A DNA stretch of 64,000 nucleotides from the NCBI GenBank assembly GCA_963701855.1, contig CAVPBK010000015.1:13885-77884 (forward strand), given 5' to 3'. Of the stretch, positions 9,599 through 19,336 are shown one piece after another; position 1 is the stretch's first letter; the number at the start of each line of letters is the position of its first letter. The position numbers and the translations under genes were made by a program. This DNA is from Nitrospirota bacterium. Lineage in GTDB: Bacteria > Nitrospirota > Nitrospiria > Nitrospirales > Nitrospiraceae. Under the pieces are notes generated by a model, which was given only the letters and a program-made list of their open reading frames with translations, searched no databases and had not been told where the DNA came from.

Positions 9599-10033
9599 TT
9601 ATTCGGCCATGCTGACGCCCGAGCCACCCATTTCCTTCGGGATGTCTCTCATCTTTGGCAACCCGTCCTTCATTCGCAACTTCGTCTCTTCATAGTTGAC
9701 ATGGATGCCGGCGTGGTACGGAAAGTCCGGAATGACTGCCGCATAGACGTCGGTGAGTCCCCAGCTGGGATGCTCGGTGAAGATGTGGCCCCCACAAGTC
9801 TTACACCACTTGCGATAACTGAGAGGCGTCTTGTTGTACGTGCCGATGTTGTCTGCTCCCTGCGTGAGCTGTACCGCTTCGGGTTTCCATAAGGTGAAGG
9901 CGTTGACTGGTGCCGCCGACCAGCTTCGACAGGATTCACAATGGCAATACCCCATTGCGGCTGGCTCACCGCTGACTGTGAACTGAACTGCGCCGCAAAA
10001 GCAGCTGCCTCTGTACACTTTTCCGTTACTCAT
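9599..10033 (-). CDS. GFA (glutathione-dependent formaldehyde-activating/CENP-V) family protein
   Basis: GSCFCGAV, CHCESCR, WCKTCG zinc motifs. Confidence 0.9.
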   Translation of the reverse strand: MSNGKVYRGSCFCGAVQFTVSGEPAAMGYCHCESCRSWSAAPVNAFTLWKPEAVQLTQGADNIGTYNKTPLSYRKWCKTCGGHIFTEHPSWGLTDVYAAVIPDFPYHAGIHVNYEETKLRMKDGLPKMRDIPKEMGGSGVSMAE

Positions 10034-10199
10034 GATGCACCTCCTTGGTGGCGTGCACTCATATTAACGTATCTTGGGATGCTTTCGCTCCATAAGGTAG
10101 GGCTTGTACCTTTCCGGGAAATCAGCACCGGACCATTCGAACCCATCGAGACTCAATGAATCTTTCCGATTCACGAACCCGATGGGGCGCACACCAAGG

Positions 10200-10423
10200 G
10201 AGGAGGGGATGGAGCCTGATGATCTCCTGTGCTCGCGCAACGCGCGGTCGAGGACTCCCCTCGTTGGATGCGCGCAGTGGAAGATCAATCAGCCCCCATC
10301 CCTGAGAGAGAACGAGCGAGCTTGGAGAAGGGAAGGGGAGCGGCCAGGTGCCCTTTTTGCTCGCAGAACGCGCACGATAGGAATGTGCTCGTTCGATGCG
10401 CGCAGTCAAGGGAAACCTGACCG
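10200..10423 (+). repeat. Two consecutive hairpin repeat units
   Basis: 10205-10326 is almost identical to 9097-9220; followed by a GGGGAGCGGCCAGGTGCCCT-type unit. Confidence 0.85.
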
Positions 10424-10526
10424 TGTAAATGCAACCATTTCAGAAAGCCGTTCGTTTGATTTCATGCCTTGAACAGGGTATTTCTATGCGGCGAGAGAGG
10501 AGTTTTCCCGAGAATAGGAGCGAGTC

Positions 10527-11036
10527 ATGAGTGCGGTATTTCCGAGCGAGCGAATAGAGCAAACCATTCTCTTGCTTCGCGGCCACAAGATCATCCTTGA
10601 TAGAGACCTGGCTGCAATGTATGGCGTCTCAACCAGGGACCTCAATAAGGCGGTATCGAGGAATCTGGACAGATTCCCCGATGATTTTATGCTGCAGTTG
10701 ACACGTTCAGAGTTCAACGACTTGAAGTTCCAATTTGGAACATCAAGTTGGGGAGGGACCAGGAAGCTACCAAGGGCCTTTACGGAACAAGGGATTGCCA
10801 TGCTCTCCAGCGTTCTCCGAAGCAAACGGGCCATCCATGTGAATATCGCGATTATGAGAGCCTTTGTGAAGCTGCGAGAGTTTGCAGCAAGCCATAAGAC
10901 CTTGGCGGCGAAGTTGGAGCAACTTGAGCGGAAAGTGGGAGGGCATGATGGACAGATTCGGTCGCTATTCGATGCCATCCGTCAGCTCATGGAGCCGCCG
11001 ACTCCGAAATCCCGCCGCATCGGATTCAAGGCCTGA
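10527..11036 (+). CDS. ORF6N domain DNA-binding protein
   Basis: LRGHKIILDRDLAAMYGVSTRDLNKAVSRNLDRFPDDFMLQLT, AFTEQGIAMLSSVL, C-terminal RRIGF. Confidence 0.9.
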   Translation: MSAVFPSERIEQTILLLRGHKIILDRDLAAMYGVSTRDLNKAVSRNLDRFPDDFMLQLTRSEFNDLKFQFGTSSWGGTRKLPRAFTEQGIAMLSSVLRSKRAIHVNIAIMRAFVKLREFAASHKTLAAKLEQLERKVGGHDGQIRSLFDAIRQLMEPPTPKSRRIGFKA

Positions 11037-11102
11037 GCAGACACTTCTGTCCTCAGCGGCTCTTTGCCGTGCCCCCTCAACCATAACCCCAGCCTCGATC
11101 TT

Positions 11103-11515
11103 CGTTATGGACGCGCGCAGTGGAAGATCAATCGGGCCACATCACTGAGAGAGAACGAGAGAGCTTGGAAGGAGTAGGGAGGGCAGACTAGATGGTCTCC
11201 TGTGCTCGCGCAATGCGCGGTCGTTCCACAGGTTAAGGTTTAGGCTGAGGTTGAGCAGTGACCAATCATGCCTCGGTGTCTTTTTCCCCCTCAACTTCAA
11301 CCTAAGCCTTGGCCTGCCAATGAGACGCGCGCAGTGGGAGACCAATCTAGCCCGCCCTCAAGAGAGAAGATGGAAGAGCGGTGGTCGCTCAATGTGCGCA
11401 GTAGGGGATAGATCCAGACCACCCTTCGGGGGGAAGTACGAGCAAGTTTGGACGGGGCATTGTAGTAGGAGTTGGTCCGACGTGCGCAAATGAGAATAGA
11501 CCAGACCGACCCTGA
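11103..11515 (+). repeat. Hairpin repeat family cluster with an inserted hexamer-repeat hairpin (11229-11316)
   Basis: GAGGGCAGACTAGATGGTCTCC pairs with GGGAGACCAATCTAGCCCGCCCTC; loop holds CAGGTTAAGGTTTAGGCTGAGGTTGAG...CTCAACTTCAACCTAAGCCTTGGCCTG. Confidence 0.8.
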
Positions 11516-11607
11516 AAAAGTACAATGTCCCCGTTTCTTCATTCCTCGAAGCCTGGCCCCATTTTTCTCGACAGGCTGAGGTGTCGGCCTGGTAGGATGC
11601 GTCGGCC

Positions 11608-12888
11608 ATGAACGACCGACCTACTGTCTCCACCCCTCGCTCTGCCGCGGTGCTGTTTATCCTCATCACAGTCATGCTCGACATGCTGTCCTTCGGCATC
11701 ATCATTCCCGTGCTGCCGAAACTCGTCGAGGAGTTTCTCTCCGGCGATACGGCCCAGGCGGCCATGATCTACGGACTGATGGGTACGACCTGGGCGGTCA
11801 TGCAGTTCTTTTGCTCGCCGATTCAGGGAGCCCTGTCCGACCGGTTCGGCCGCCGGCCGATCGTGCTGCTGTCCAATCTGGGATTGGGACTCGACTATAT
11901 CGTCATGGCGCTGGCGCCGACCGTCGCCTGGCTGTTCCTGGGTCGTGCCATCTCCGGCCTCGCCTCATCCAGCTTCAGCACCGCCGGTGCGTACATTGCC
12001 GACGTGACGCCTCCGGAACACCGGGCGGCGGCGTTCGGCAAGATCGGCATGGCGTTCGGCATCGGCTTCATACTCGGTCCTGCACTGGGCGGCTGGCTCG
12101 GCGAGATCGATCCGCGACTCCCGTTTTGGGGCGCGGCGGCGCTCAGCCTGGCGAACGCCTGCTATGGGTTCTTCGTGTTGCCCGAATCCCTGACGCATGA
12201 CAAGCGGATGGCCTTCTCGTGGAAGCGGGCGAATCCGGTCGGCTCGCTGGTGCTGTTGCGCTCGCACCATGAACTCTTCGGGCTCGCGGCCGTCGCCTTC
12301 TTCGGCTATCTGGCCCATACGGTGTTGCCGAACGTGTCGGTGCTGTATATGGGTTACCGGTACGGATGGGGGACCGCCACAGTCGGTCTGACGCTCGCCG
12401 GCGTCGGCGTGGCCGTGATGATCGTCCAGGGGGGGCTGATCCGTCCGGTCACGGCCCGATTAGGCTTGCGCACGACATTGCTGGTGGGGTTGCTCTGCGG
12501 AGCGATCGGGTTTTCGGTCTACGGCGTGGCGCCCGAGGGATGGATCTTTTGGCTGGGCATTCCCGTCATGGCCTTTTGGGGCCTCGCGGGTCCGGCGGCG
12601 CAGGCACTGATGAGTCGCCGCGTGAGCAGTTCCGAGCAGGGCCAACTCCAGGGAGCCATTGCAAGCATCAACGGCTTAACCGGTCTGATCGGGCCGATCC
12701 TCTTCACGCAAAGCTTTGCGTATTTCATCGGACCGAGCGCCGCCTGGCACCTGCCGGGCGCGCCTTTCTTATTAGCCTCGCTCATGATGCTCAGCGCCGC
12801 AGCCATTGCCTGGTGGGCGACGCATCCCGGTCGATCAGCCATCCCGAACGTTGAATCAGTCGGCACAAGTAGGAGGGATGGAGCCTGA
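11608..12888 (+). CDS. TCR/Tet family MFS transporter (TetA-like)
   Basis: LDMLSFGIIIPVLP, GALSDRFGRRP motif A, GFILGPALGG motif C; about 12 TM segments; stop lies inside a repeat arm. Confidence 0.9.
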   Translation: MNDRPTVSTPRSAAVLFILITVMLDMLSFGIIIPVLPKLVEEFLSGDTAQAAMIYGLMGTTWAVMQFFCSPIQGALSDRFGRRPIVLLSNLGLGLDYIVMALAPTVAWLFLGRAISGLASSSFSTAGAYIADVTPPEHRAAAFGKIGMAFGIGFILGPALGGWLGEIDPRLPFWGAAALSLANACYGFFVLPESLTHDKRMAFSWKRANPVGSLVLLRSHHELFGLAAVAFFGYLAHTVLPNVSVLYMGYRYGWGTATVGLTLAGVGVAVMIVQGGLIRPVTARLGLRTTLLVGLLCGAIGFSVYGVAPEGWIFWLGIPVMAFWGLAGPAAQALMSRRVSSSEQGQLQGAIASINGLTGLIGPILFTQSFAYFIGPSAAWHLPGAPFLLASLMMLSAAAIAWWATHPGRSAIPNVESVGTSRRDGA

Positions 12889-13335
12889 TGATCTTCTTTG
12901 CTCGCGCAACGCGCGGTCTCAGAAGGATGGGGAGGGTAGCCTGGTCGTCCTCCTGCTCGTGGAACGCGCACGATCAGAATGTGCTCGTTCGACGCGCGCA
13001 ATCGAGGATCGACCAGGCCACCCTTGAAAATGAAATGGGGAAGTGGGAAGACGCGCGCAGTGGAAGATCAATCAGCCCCCATCCCTTGAGAAATAACGAG
13101 CGAGTGTGGAGGATCATTTATAGCCTCGTTCGACGGCCGCACTTTGGGAGACCGAAACGGTGTCAGGAACAGTTTCCCGGTCCGTGTATTCCGGGGACGG
13201 CCTTCATTAGAACGAGGAAACTGTTCCTGACACCGTTCATTCTCCCCAGGTGCCCTTCTTGCTCACAGAACGCGCACGGTGAAACAGTGCTCGTCCGATG
13301 CGCGCAATAGCGGGCAGTCTCGTCCACTCCCCTTT
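12872..13335 (+). repeat. Doubly nested hairpin repeat cluster plus a further unit
   Basis: L1 (GGATGGAGCCTGATGATC) - L2 (GAGGGTAGCCTGGTCGTCCTC) - R2 (GAGGATCGACCAGGCCACCCT) - R1 (GATCAATCAGCCCCCATCCC). Confidence 0.85.
13156..13237. repeat. REP-like perfect 22-bp inverted repeat
   Basis: AACGGTGTCAGGAACAGTTTCC (13156-13177) and GGAAACTGTTCCTGACACCGTT (13216-13237); another arm at 15585-15601. Confidence 0.85.
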
Positions 13336-13565
13336 GTAGATGTTTGGAGTAGGAGAGGGATTTAGCTCGAACGTGGTGGTGGATCGCGTCTCAGCGGGAA
13401 GGAGTGTTCCCAATATTTAAAATGTTTCCACTTCCTCTCGTATCGAATAGACAGTTTTCACCCACAGTGCTAGCATTGCACCCGCCTGCTCGCCAGCGGC
13501 TCTAGATCTACCGAGTGAGAACTCTGCAAGTTCCTTAAGGCTCAAAGCTGTTTTGAAATAACCGT

Positions 13566-14813
13566 ATGTCGGTAACAAATCTAGCGCTACAAAATTTCAA
13601 GAGTTTTAACTCCCTGAGTGTCGAGCTTAGGAACTTTAATGTCTTGATAGGCGCAAATGCTTCGGGCAAATCCAATTTCACACAAATTTTTAAATTCATA
13701 AAAGACATACGTGTTCACGGCCTTGATAATGCAGTTTCATTGCAAGGAGGAGTCGAGTTCCTGAGGAATATCAATCTCGGCTCTTCTGTACCCTTATCAT
13801 TATCAATTCGATACAACGACAAATACACGAGTGCATCAGTTCTTGCTCGTGAAAGAGAGATGGGGCGAGTTCATGTCGATGATACAGAATATAAGTTCGC
13901 AATAGGGTTCAAAAAGACACGTCTAAGTTTCGATATTATTGAGGACCGATTGATACAAAGAGGTGAGTACATTTCACGAGGGCCTAAACGAAAAGATGAA
14001 CAGCAAGCCAGGGCGGAGATCGTTCATTCGATTAATGACGGCAAACTCAAGAAGGATGTGAAAATATTTGAGGGGGAAAGCATTCGATCGGGGAATCTCT
14101 TCCCGACCATGCGCTTTAATCAAGGGGCGTTCAGGACGGAACAATGGGACAAAAAGACGTTGATCCTTCAAACCCCACTGCCGCATTTTCCAAGCATTGG
14201 AATTTACGACTTCGATCCGAAGCTTCCCAAGAAGGCAACTCCGATTACGGGCAAAGTTGATTTAGAAGAAGACGGTGCAAATCTGGCAATAGTCATCAAG
14301 CAGATCATCTCGAGACCAAGTGCGAGAAAGCAACTAGCCGACTTATTTAAAGACTTGCTTCCATTCATAAGTAACGTAGATATCGAAAAGTTTTCCGACC
14401 GCTCCTTGCTCTTCAAGCTAAAGGAAATATACTTCAAAGATAGGACATTGCCCGCATCGTCGCTTTCTGATGGCACAATTAATGTGGCTGCCCTGATCGT
14501 CGCTTTATTTTTCGAGCATAGTCTATTGACGGTAATTGAAGAGCCGGAAAGAAACATACACCCATCTCTCATTTCAAAAGTTGCGTCGATGATGAAAGAG
14601 GCTGCCTTAAATAAACAAATAGTAGTCACGACTCAAAATGCAGAATTTGTAAAGCATGCGGGGATAGAGAGCCTGCTTTTTGTGTCCAGGGATAAGCAGG
14701 GATTCTCGGAAATATATAGACCGGGAGAAAAGGAAGCCGTAAAAGCCTTCCTTCAGAACGAAATAGGGATTGAGGAACTTTACATTCAGAATCTGTTAGG
14801 TGTCTCAGCTTGA
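13566..14813 (+). CDS. ABC/AAA_21-like ATPase
   Basis: LQNFKSF start, Walker A GANASGKSN, signature LSDGT, Walker B VIEEPE, TTQN; AT-rich. Confidence 0.88.
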   Translation: MSVTNLALQNFKSFNSLSVELRNFNVLIGANASGKSNFTQIFKFIKDIRVHGLDNAVSLQGGVEFLRNINLGSSVPLSLSIRYNDKYTSASVLAREREMGRVHVDDTEYKFAIGFKKTRLSFDIIEDRLIQRGEYISRGPKRKDEQQARAEIVHSINDGKLKKDVKIFEGESIRSGNLFPTMRFNQGAFRTEQWDKKTLILQTPLPHFPSIGIYDFDPKLPKKATPITGKVDLEEDGANLAIVIKQIISRPSARKQLADLFKDLLPFISNVDIEKFSDRSLLFKLKEIYFKDRTLPASSLSDGTINVAALIVALFFEHSLLTVIEEPERNIHPSLISKVASMMKEAALNKQIVVTTQNAEFVKHAGIESLLFVSRDKQGFSEIYRPGEKEAVKAFLQNEIGIEELYIQNLLGVSA

Positions 14814-15343
14814 GTTATATCCGGCTGTTCGTATTCTTAGAGGGAGATGATGATGAAAGATTGTTTGACGCAGTTTTGAGGCCCAGTTTTAATATCCAGT
14901 ATGACTTAGTGCAGACAATCAAATACGCAGGATTAAAAAGCGACAAAGTCGATAGCTATTTAACGTCGATTAAGGGGATGGGCGCTAACTATCTATTCTT
15001 GAGAGATATGGATCAGGGGCAGTGCGTTAGCAGTAAAAAATTAGAACTAGTAGGTCGATATAAAAAGCTCGATACGTCGAACATCCATCTTGTAATTAGA
15101 GAAATGGAAAGTTGGTATCTGGCTGGTATTACAAAAGCTCACGCAAGAAAAATAAAGCTAGCTACTTCCGGGACCACAGATTCAATTACGAAGGAAGCAT
15201 TTGACGGTCTAAAGCCAAGACGATTCATTAGCAGGATTGATTTCATGGTGGAGCTTCTGAACTTCTTCTCTGTTTCTGCTGCCATAGCCAACAATCAGTC
15301 CTTCAAACATTTCATTGAGGCGAATGGTCTCCCGCGATCATGA
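14810..15343 (+). CDS. TOPRIM-like (DUF4276/DUF4435-like) partner of the ATPase
   Basis: FLEGDDDE (EGxxD), RDMD (DxD), EMESWYLAG; 4-bp overlap with the ATPase stop. Confidence 0.65.
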   Translation: MSYIRLFVFLEGDDDERLFDAVLRPSFNIQYDLVQTIKYAGLKSDKVDSYLTSIKGMGANYLFLRDMDQGQCVSSKKLELVGRYKKLDTSNIHLVIREMESWYLAGITKAHARKIKLATSGTTDSITKEAFDGLKPRRFISRIDFMVELLNFFSVSAAIANNQSFKHFIEANGLPRS

Positions 15344-15376
15344 GAAAGAAAGTGGTGTCAGCAACTGTCTTGGGAT

Positions 15377-15559
15377 TTAGGTATGATGCGCCTCCATCTG
15401 CCGCCAGGGAGTCCGATGTTTCAGCATCGCATTGAGAATCGTCAGCAACTTCCGCATGCAGGCGGTGAGCGCCACCTTCTTCGCCTTTCCCACTCGCTGC
15501 AAGCGCTGATAGAAGGCCCGAATCACCGGATTGAATCGGGCGGCCACAATCGCGCCCAT
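15377..15559 (-). pseudogene. IS110 family transposase C-terminal fragment
   Basis: AARFNPVIRAFYQRLQRVGKAKKVALTACMRKLLTILNAMLK is the typical IS110 C-terminus. Confidence 0.85.
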
Positions 15560-15681
15560 ATAGATAGAGGACGAAAAAATAAAAGGTGTCAGGAACAGTT
15601 TTCGCCTCGCCCGCGCGCACGTTGCGATCGTCGAATACTTTGAGGGTTCCTTGTGCGCGCTTTAAACTTTGAGAGGGATCT

Positions 15682-16467
15682 ATGAATAAGACACACATCG
15701 TGGCGGTAGCTGCAGCGGTGCTCTTGGTTGCGTCGGCGGCTGCGGCTGAAGTTCAAACTAGAGAAATCGAATACAAAGAGGGCGGGACGGTTCTACAGGG
15801 ACTCATTGCCTGGGATGACGCTTCGAAGGGTCTACGTCCCGGCGTGCTTGTCGTCCACGAGTGGTGGGGCCACAACGAGCACGCGCGGTATCAGGCCAAG
15901 CGACTCGCGGAGGCCGGCTACGTCGGCTTTGCGCTGGATATGTATGGGAAGGGCAAGGTGACCACGCATCCGAAGGATGCCCAGGGCTTCATGGCCGAGG
16001 TCAAGAAGGATCCGGCGGTGATCCCGGCGAGATTTCACGCGGCGCTAGAGCTGCTCAAGCAGGATCCCCACGTCTCGGTGGACCACATCGCCGCTATCGG
16101 ATACTGCTTCGGCGGAGCTGTGGTTCTTGGCGAGGCGCGTTCCGGGGCCGATTTGGATGCGGTGGTCAGCTTCCACGGCGCACTCGCGACGAACAGTCCT
16201 GCGGAACCGGGTAGGGTCCGGGCTCGGGTTCTTGTGCTCACAGGCGCAGCCGATCCGTTTGTGCCGAAGGAGCAAGTGGAAGCCTTTACTCAGGAGATGA
16301 AGGCGGCGGGGGCGAAATTCCGTGTGATCACCTATCCGGGCGTCAAACACGGATTCACCAATCCGGATGCCGGCAAGGCGGGGATGGATGCCCTCGAGTA
16401 CAATGCGGAAGCCGACAAAAAGTCTTGGGCGGCGATGCTGGAGCTGTTTAAGGAAGTGTTCCATTGA
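15682..16467 (+). CDS. Dienelactone hydrolase family protein, signal peptide
   Basis: HEWWG, GYCFGG nucleophile motif, HGFTNP. Confidence 0.9.
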   Translation: MNKTHIVAVAAAVLLVASAAAAEVQTREIEYKEGGTVLQGLIAWDDASKGLRPGVLVVHEWWGHNEHARYQAKRLAEAGYVGFALDMYGKGKVTTHPKDAQGFMAEVKKDPAVIPARFHAALELLKQDPHVSVDHIAAIGYCFGGAVVLGEARSGADLDAVVSFHGALATNSPAEPGRVRARVLVLTGAADPFVPKEQVEAFTQEMKAAGAKFRVITYPGVKHGFTNPDAGKAGMDALEYNAEADKKSWAAMLELFKEVFH

Positions 16468-16772
16468 AGACTCTCGTCCGCGCGCGGGAGACACTACCTT
16501 CATCGAACAGAGGATCAGATGGAGCTGACTGGAGGGACGCGGGACCATCTTTAAGAAAAACCGTCGGAAGCCGCAACTCTGTTCCTGAAAGTGGATTTTA
16601 CCGATTGCATTTCGTCCGGTTAATCGCCTAGGCTATACCACGTCAACTTCTATCCCATCATTGCGAGACGCCTGCGGAGGTCAGTCCTTGTGATGATCAT
16701 TCCAGCACACATTGTTTTCGCGCAAAGCATTTCTTGTCGGATGATACCCGCTATGGGCGGGGAGAGGAGGGT

Positions 16773-17195
16773 ATGATGGCTGATCTGATTCGAATCGCTC
16801 AATATTTCAAGGTGCAGATTGCGGATAAGCCCGGGACATTAGCCGGCATCCTTGCTCCGTTGCGTGAGGCCGGAGGGAATCTGATGGCCGTGCATGCCTT
16901 TCCCCGGAATCGCCGCACACAGGTGGATGTGGTGCCGGAAGATCCTACTGCGTTCAAGAACATCGCGAAGATGCATAAGTTGAAAGTGCAGGGACCGAAA
17001 ATGTGCTTGCTGGTGGACGGGGATGATCGCCCTGGAGCGCTGGCCGATCTGACCGAGCGACTCCGCTTAGCCAAGATCAACATGACGGCGGTGACCGGCC
17101 TCGCTGCCGGCCAGGGACGCTTCGGAGCCATTCTATGGGTCAATCCACGGGATGTGAAAAAAGCAGCCAAAGTCTTCGGCGTCGGACTGAGTTAG
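16773..17195 (+). CDS. ACT domain protein (tandem ACT)
   Basis: DKPGTLA and DRPGALA repeats; SD GAGGAGG. Confidence 0.8.
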   Translation: MMADLIRIAQYFKVQIADKPGTLAGILAPLREAGGNLMAVHAFPRNRRTQVDVVPEDPTAFKNIAKMHKLKVQGPKMCLLVDGDDRPGALADLTERLRLAKINMTAVTGLAAGQGRFGAILWVNPRDVKKAAKVFGVGLS

Positions 17196-17673
17196 CGACG
17201 CGCGTCCGCTATTCTGGTGAGCGCGGGTAGATAGGGTGTCGGGACTTGCAATCCAACATTGCGGCCCTTTTCCCCGCACGAAGAATCAGCCATCACGATG
17301 GTGAATGCTTTCCTGGCGGGGGAGGGCTCAATCGACTTCCCTGGCGAGCACGCCGCGCAATGTGCGGTCGTCTCAGAAGTCTTCACTCGTGTTGACAGGG
17401 CTGGAGTTGAGCCGTCGCCGCCTGTCCGTGAATAAGTCTAAGCCGAATCCCTTGTATTCGATGTCTTTGATCGGACGGTGTAGGTGCGAAGGATTGACGG
17501 ACGGTGGCGTCTGTTTCTTGTCGTATGGTTCGGTTTCATCTCTCCCGTGCGGCACAGCTAACGTGTGAGTGGTAGATTCCTTCCGGATGAATTGGATCTT
17601 GTTTGATACGGTCGAGTGCCTATCGAGACCCTTATTCTCGCGAGTTGTTTTGGTTTCAATACTGATTTAAGCT

Positions 17674-17688
17674 TGGCACATCTCCTGC
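17674..17688 (+). promoter_or_regulatory. Putative sigma54 (-24/-12) promoter
   Basis: TGGCACATCTCCTGC with exact GG-N10-GC spacing, ~45 bp upstream of ATG 17734. Confidence 0.55.
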
Positions 17689-17733
17689 TCGTGTAAGCCT
17701 TGGTAGTGCGTGCAGCCATCGTGGAGGTGTCAG

Positions 17734-18839
17734 ATGAGTGCTCAATCGTCGCGTCTCACAGACAAGACCCCGATTCTTCACCGATCAGATGGAGAAATCT
17801 GTTTCCAGGTTGATGACGTGGAGCCGTGCACGGAACGATTGCCCGTGACGGAATTTAGACCAAAGTTGAAAAGGCTGTGGGTGGACCTCTGTTGGCTTTT
17901 AGTCATGAATCGTCTTCCACGGTTGTGTCAGGAAGTGAGGTCGGCGAGCACGGGCTGGTGAATGCGGTCCATCTTGCATTCAGCCAGCACAGACCGCTGG
18001 TGCTCACACCGGATGCCGTTTGGCTCACGCTCGCTCAGGGGTTTGCCCAGCACATCAATAATCATGCGGAAGCGCTTCGGTCCCGCTTCGTAGGCCACAA
18101 AGGCAAAATAGAGTTGAGGGTAGATGCTCAACTGCTCACTACGGCGGAGGATTGGAGCGCTGTTGTTCATCAATGGAGTGCAAATATCAGTGAGCATGTC
18201 GGCCTAGGGCTCTATGAACTGATGATTTGTAATTTCAGCACAACAACGCCGGTCGTAAAAACGGCGAGCGAGGTAGCCATGATGGACGCGTTCCAGCGGT
18301 ATTTCGAATACGAGGTTCGCTTCATTTGTGGAATCCCTACTGTGACACTAAAAGGGACAGTTACTGATTGGGTCGAGATTCGAAGACGCGTTGACGTCAT
18401 AGAGGGGTACCATCTTGAATGGTGGACGGACAGACTCAAGCCTCTCTGTGACGCGTTTATTGAAACGGCTAAAGGAGTTCCCTTGCGCACGTTCTGGCGG
18501 CACATCTACAGCCCTAAGGAGATATATGGGGGAGAAGCTATCACTGGCTGGCTTGCGGATCTGTTTCCGTATATTAACGACTATCGGACCGAGGCGCCCA
18601 CTGTCAGAAATCCTATCTTGGGTATTGTGCGCGAGAAACTGACTACCCAAAATGGTCTCTCGCCGAACTCTGTGCCCTCAGGCCTCTCTCAAGCTCCGTT
18701 TCTATTGAAAATGCCGCCGACCCAGGACAAACAGGAGTTGGAACTTGTTGCAGGGTTCATCGGTGTTCGGGAAAATCAGACAACAGGCCAAGTTCAGCCC
18801 GATATTGGGTGGGCTGTGTGCAAGCAAAGAAAACATTGA
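17734..18839 (+). pseudogene. DUF4419 domain protein, frameshifted near 17860
   Basis: FQVDDV N-terminus in one frame; AFSQHRPLVLTPDAVWLTLAQGFAQHIN, FSTTT, CGIPTVTLKGTVTDW and ITGWL in ORF 17877..18839. Confidence 0.75.
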
Positions 18840-19096
18840 TGGGAACCATTTCACCTCGTCCATGCTTGTGCGGGAGATGCGATTGCCTCGGTGGTCGTCG
18901 CCCGCGTTGACAGGTTCGGAGTCGAGCCGTCGCCTCCCCTTCGTAAGCGAGCTTCAAGCCGGATCCACGATGTTCGATGTCTTTGGTCGGACGATGCAGG
19001 TGCGGAGGACTGACGGGCTCGTGCAGCTGTGTGCAGGAAGTCCCGTCTCCACATTTTCCCATTGACCGGTTTTGCTAACTCTGGGGCGATGATCGC

Positions 19097-19327
19097 CTAT
19101 ATTTCGAGCTTCTGGAGCAGATTACCTACATCGAGACGTTCGCGATTGGCTCACGGATTGGGGAAGTTGCGCGGCTTCGTAAGCTGTATGGGAAAGGTCG
19201 CTGGCGAAAGCGGAAGGGGATTGCGAAAGTTCGGCTGATCGATGGGAACGTGCAGTTTGCTGAAGTGCACTGGTATGAGGCAACGGGAATTGGTCGGAAG
19301 AAATACAAGATCAAACGATTGTTGTGA
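19097..19327 (+). pseudogene. Small basic putative toxin-like protein lacking a start codon (not in the ORF track)
   Basis: Open frame YFELLEQITYIETFAIGSRIGEVARLRKLYGKGRWRKRKGIAKVRLIDGNVQFAEVHWYEATGIGRKKYKIKRLL*; CTA where ATG is expected, in-frame TAA at 19076. Confidence 0.6.
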
Positions 19328-19336
19328 GGCCGATTG

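Noticed and set aside
11608..12888. Acquired tetracycline resistance gene
   Set aside because: TetA-like family only; no adjacent tetR or transposon ends, and the composition looks native.
775..13310. Small ORFs such as 775..966, 7799..8119, 7965..8150, 9015..9254, 10064..10472, 11142..11542 and 12888..13310 as a peptide family
   Set aside because: Their similarity comes from the non-coding hairpin repeat read in different frames and strands.
17190..17563. Integron cassette remnant (minus strand GTTAGCT ... GCTAAC around a decayed ORF)
   Set aside because: Only a 6-bp match, and no attC hairpin follows.
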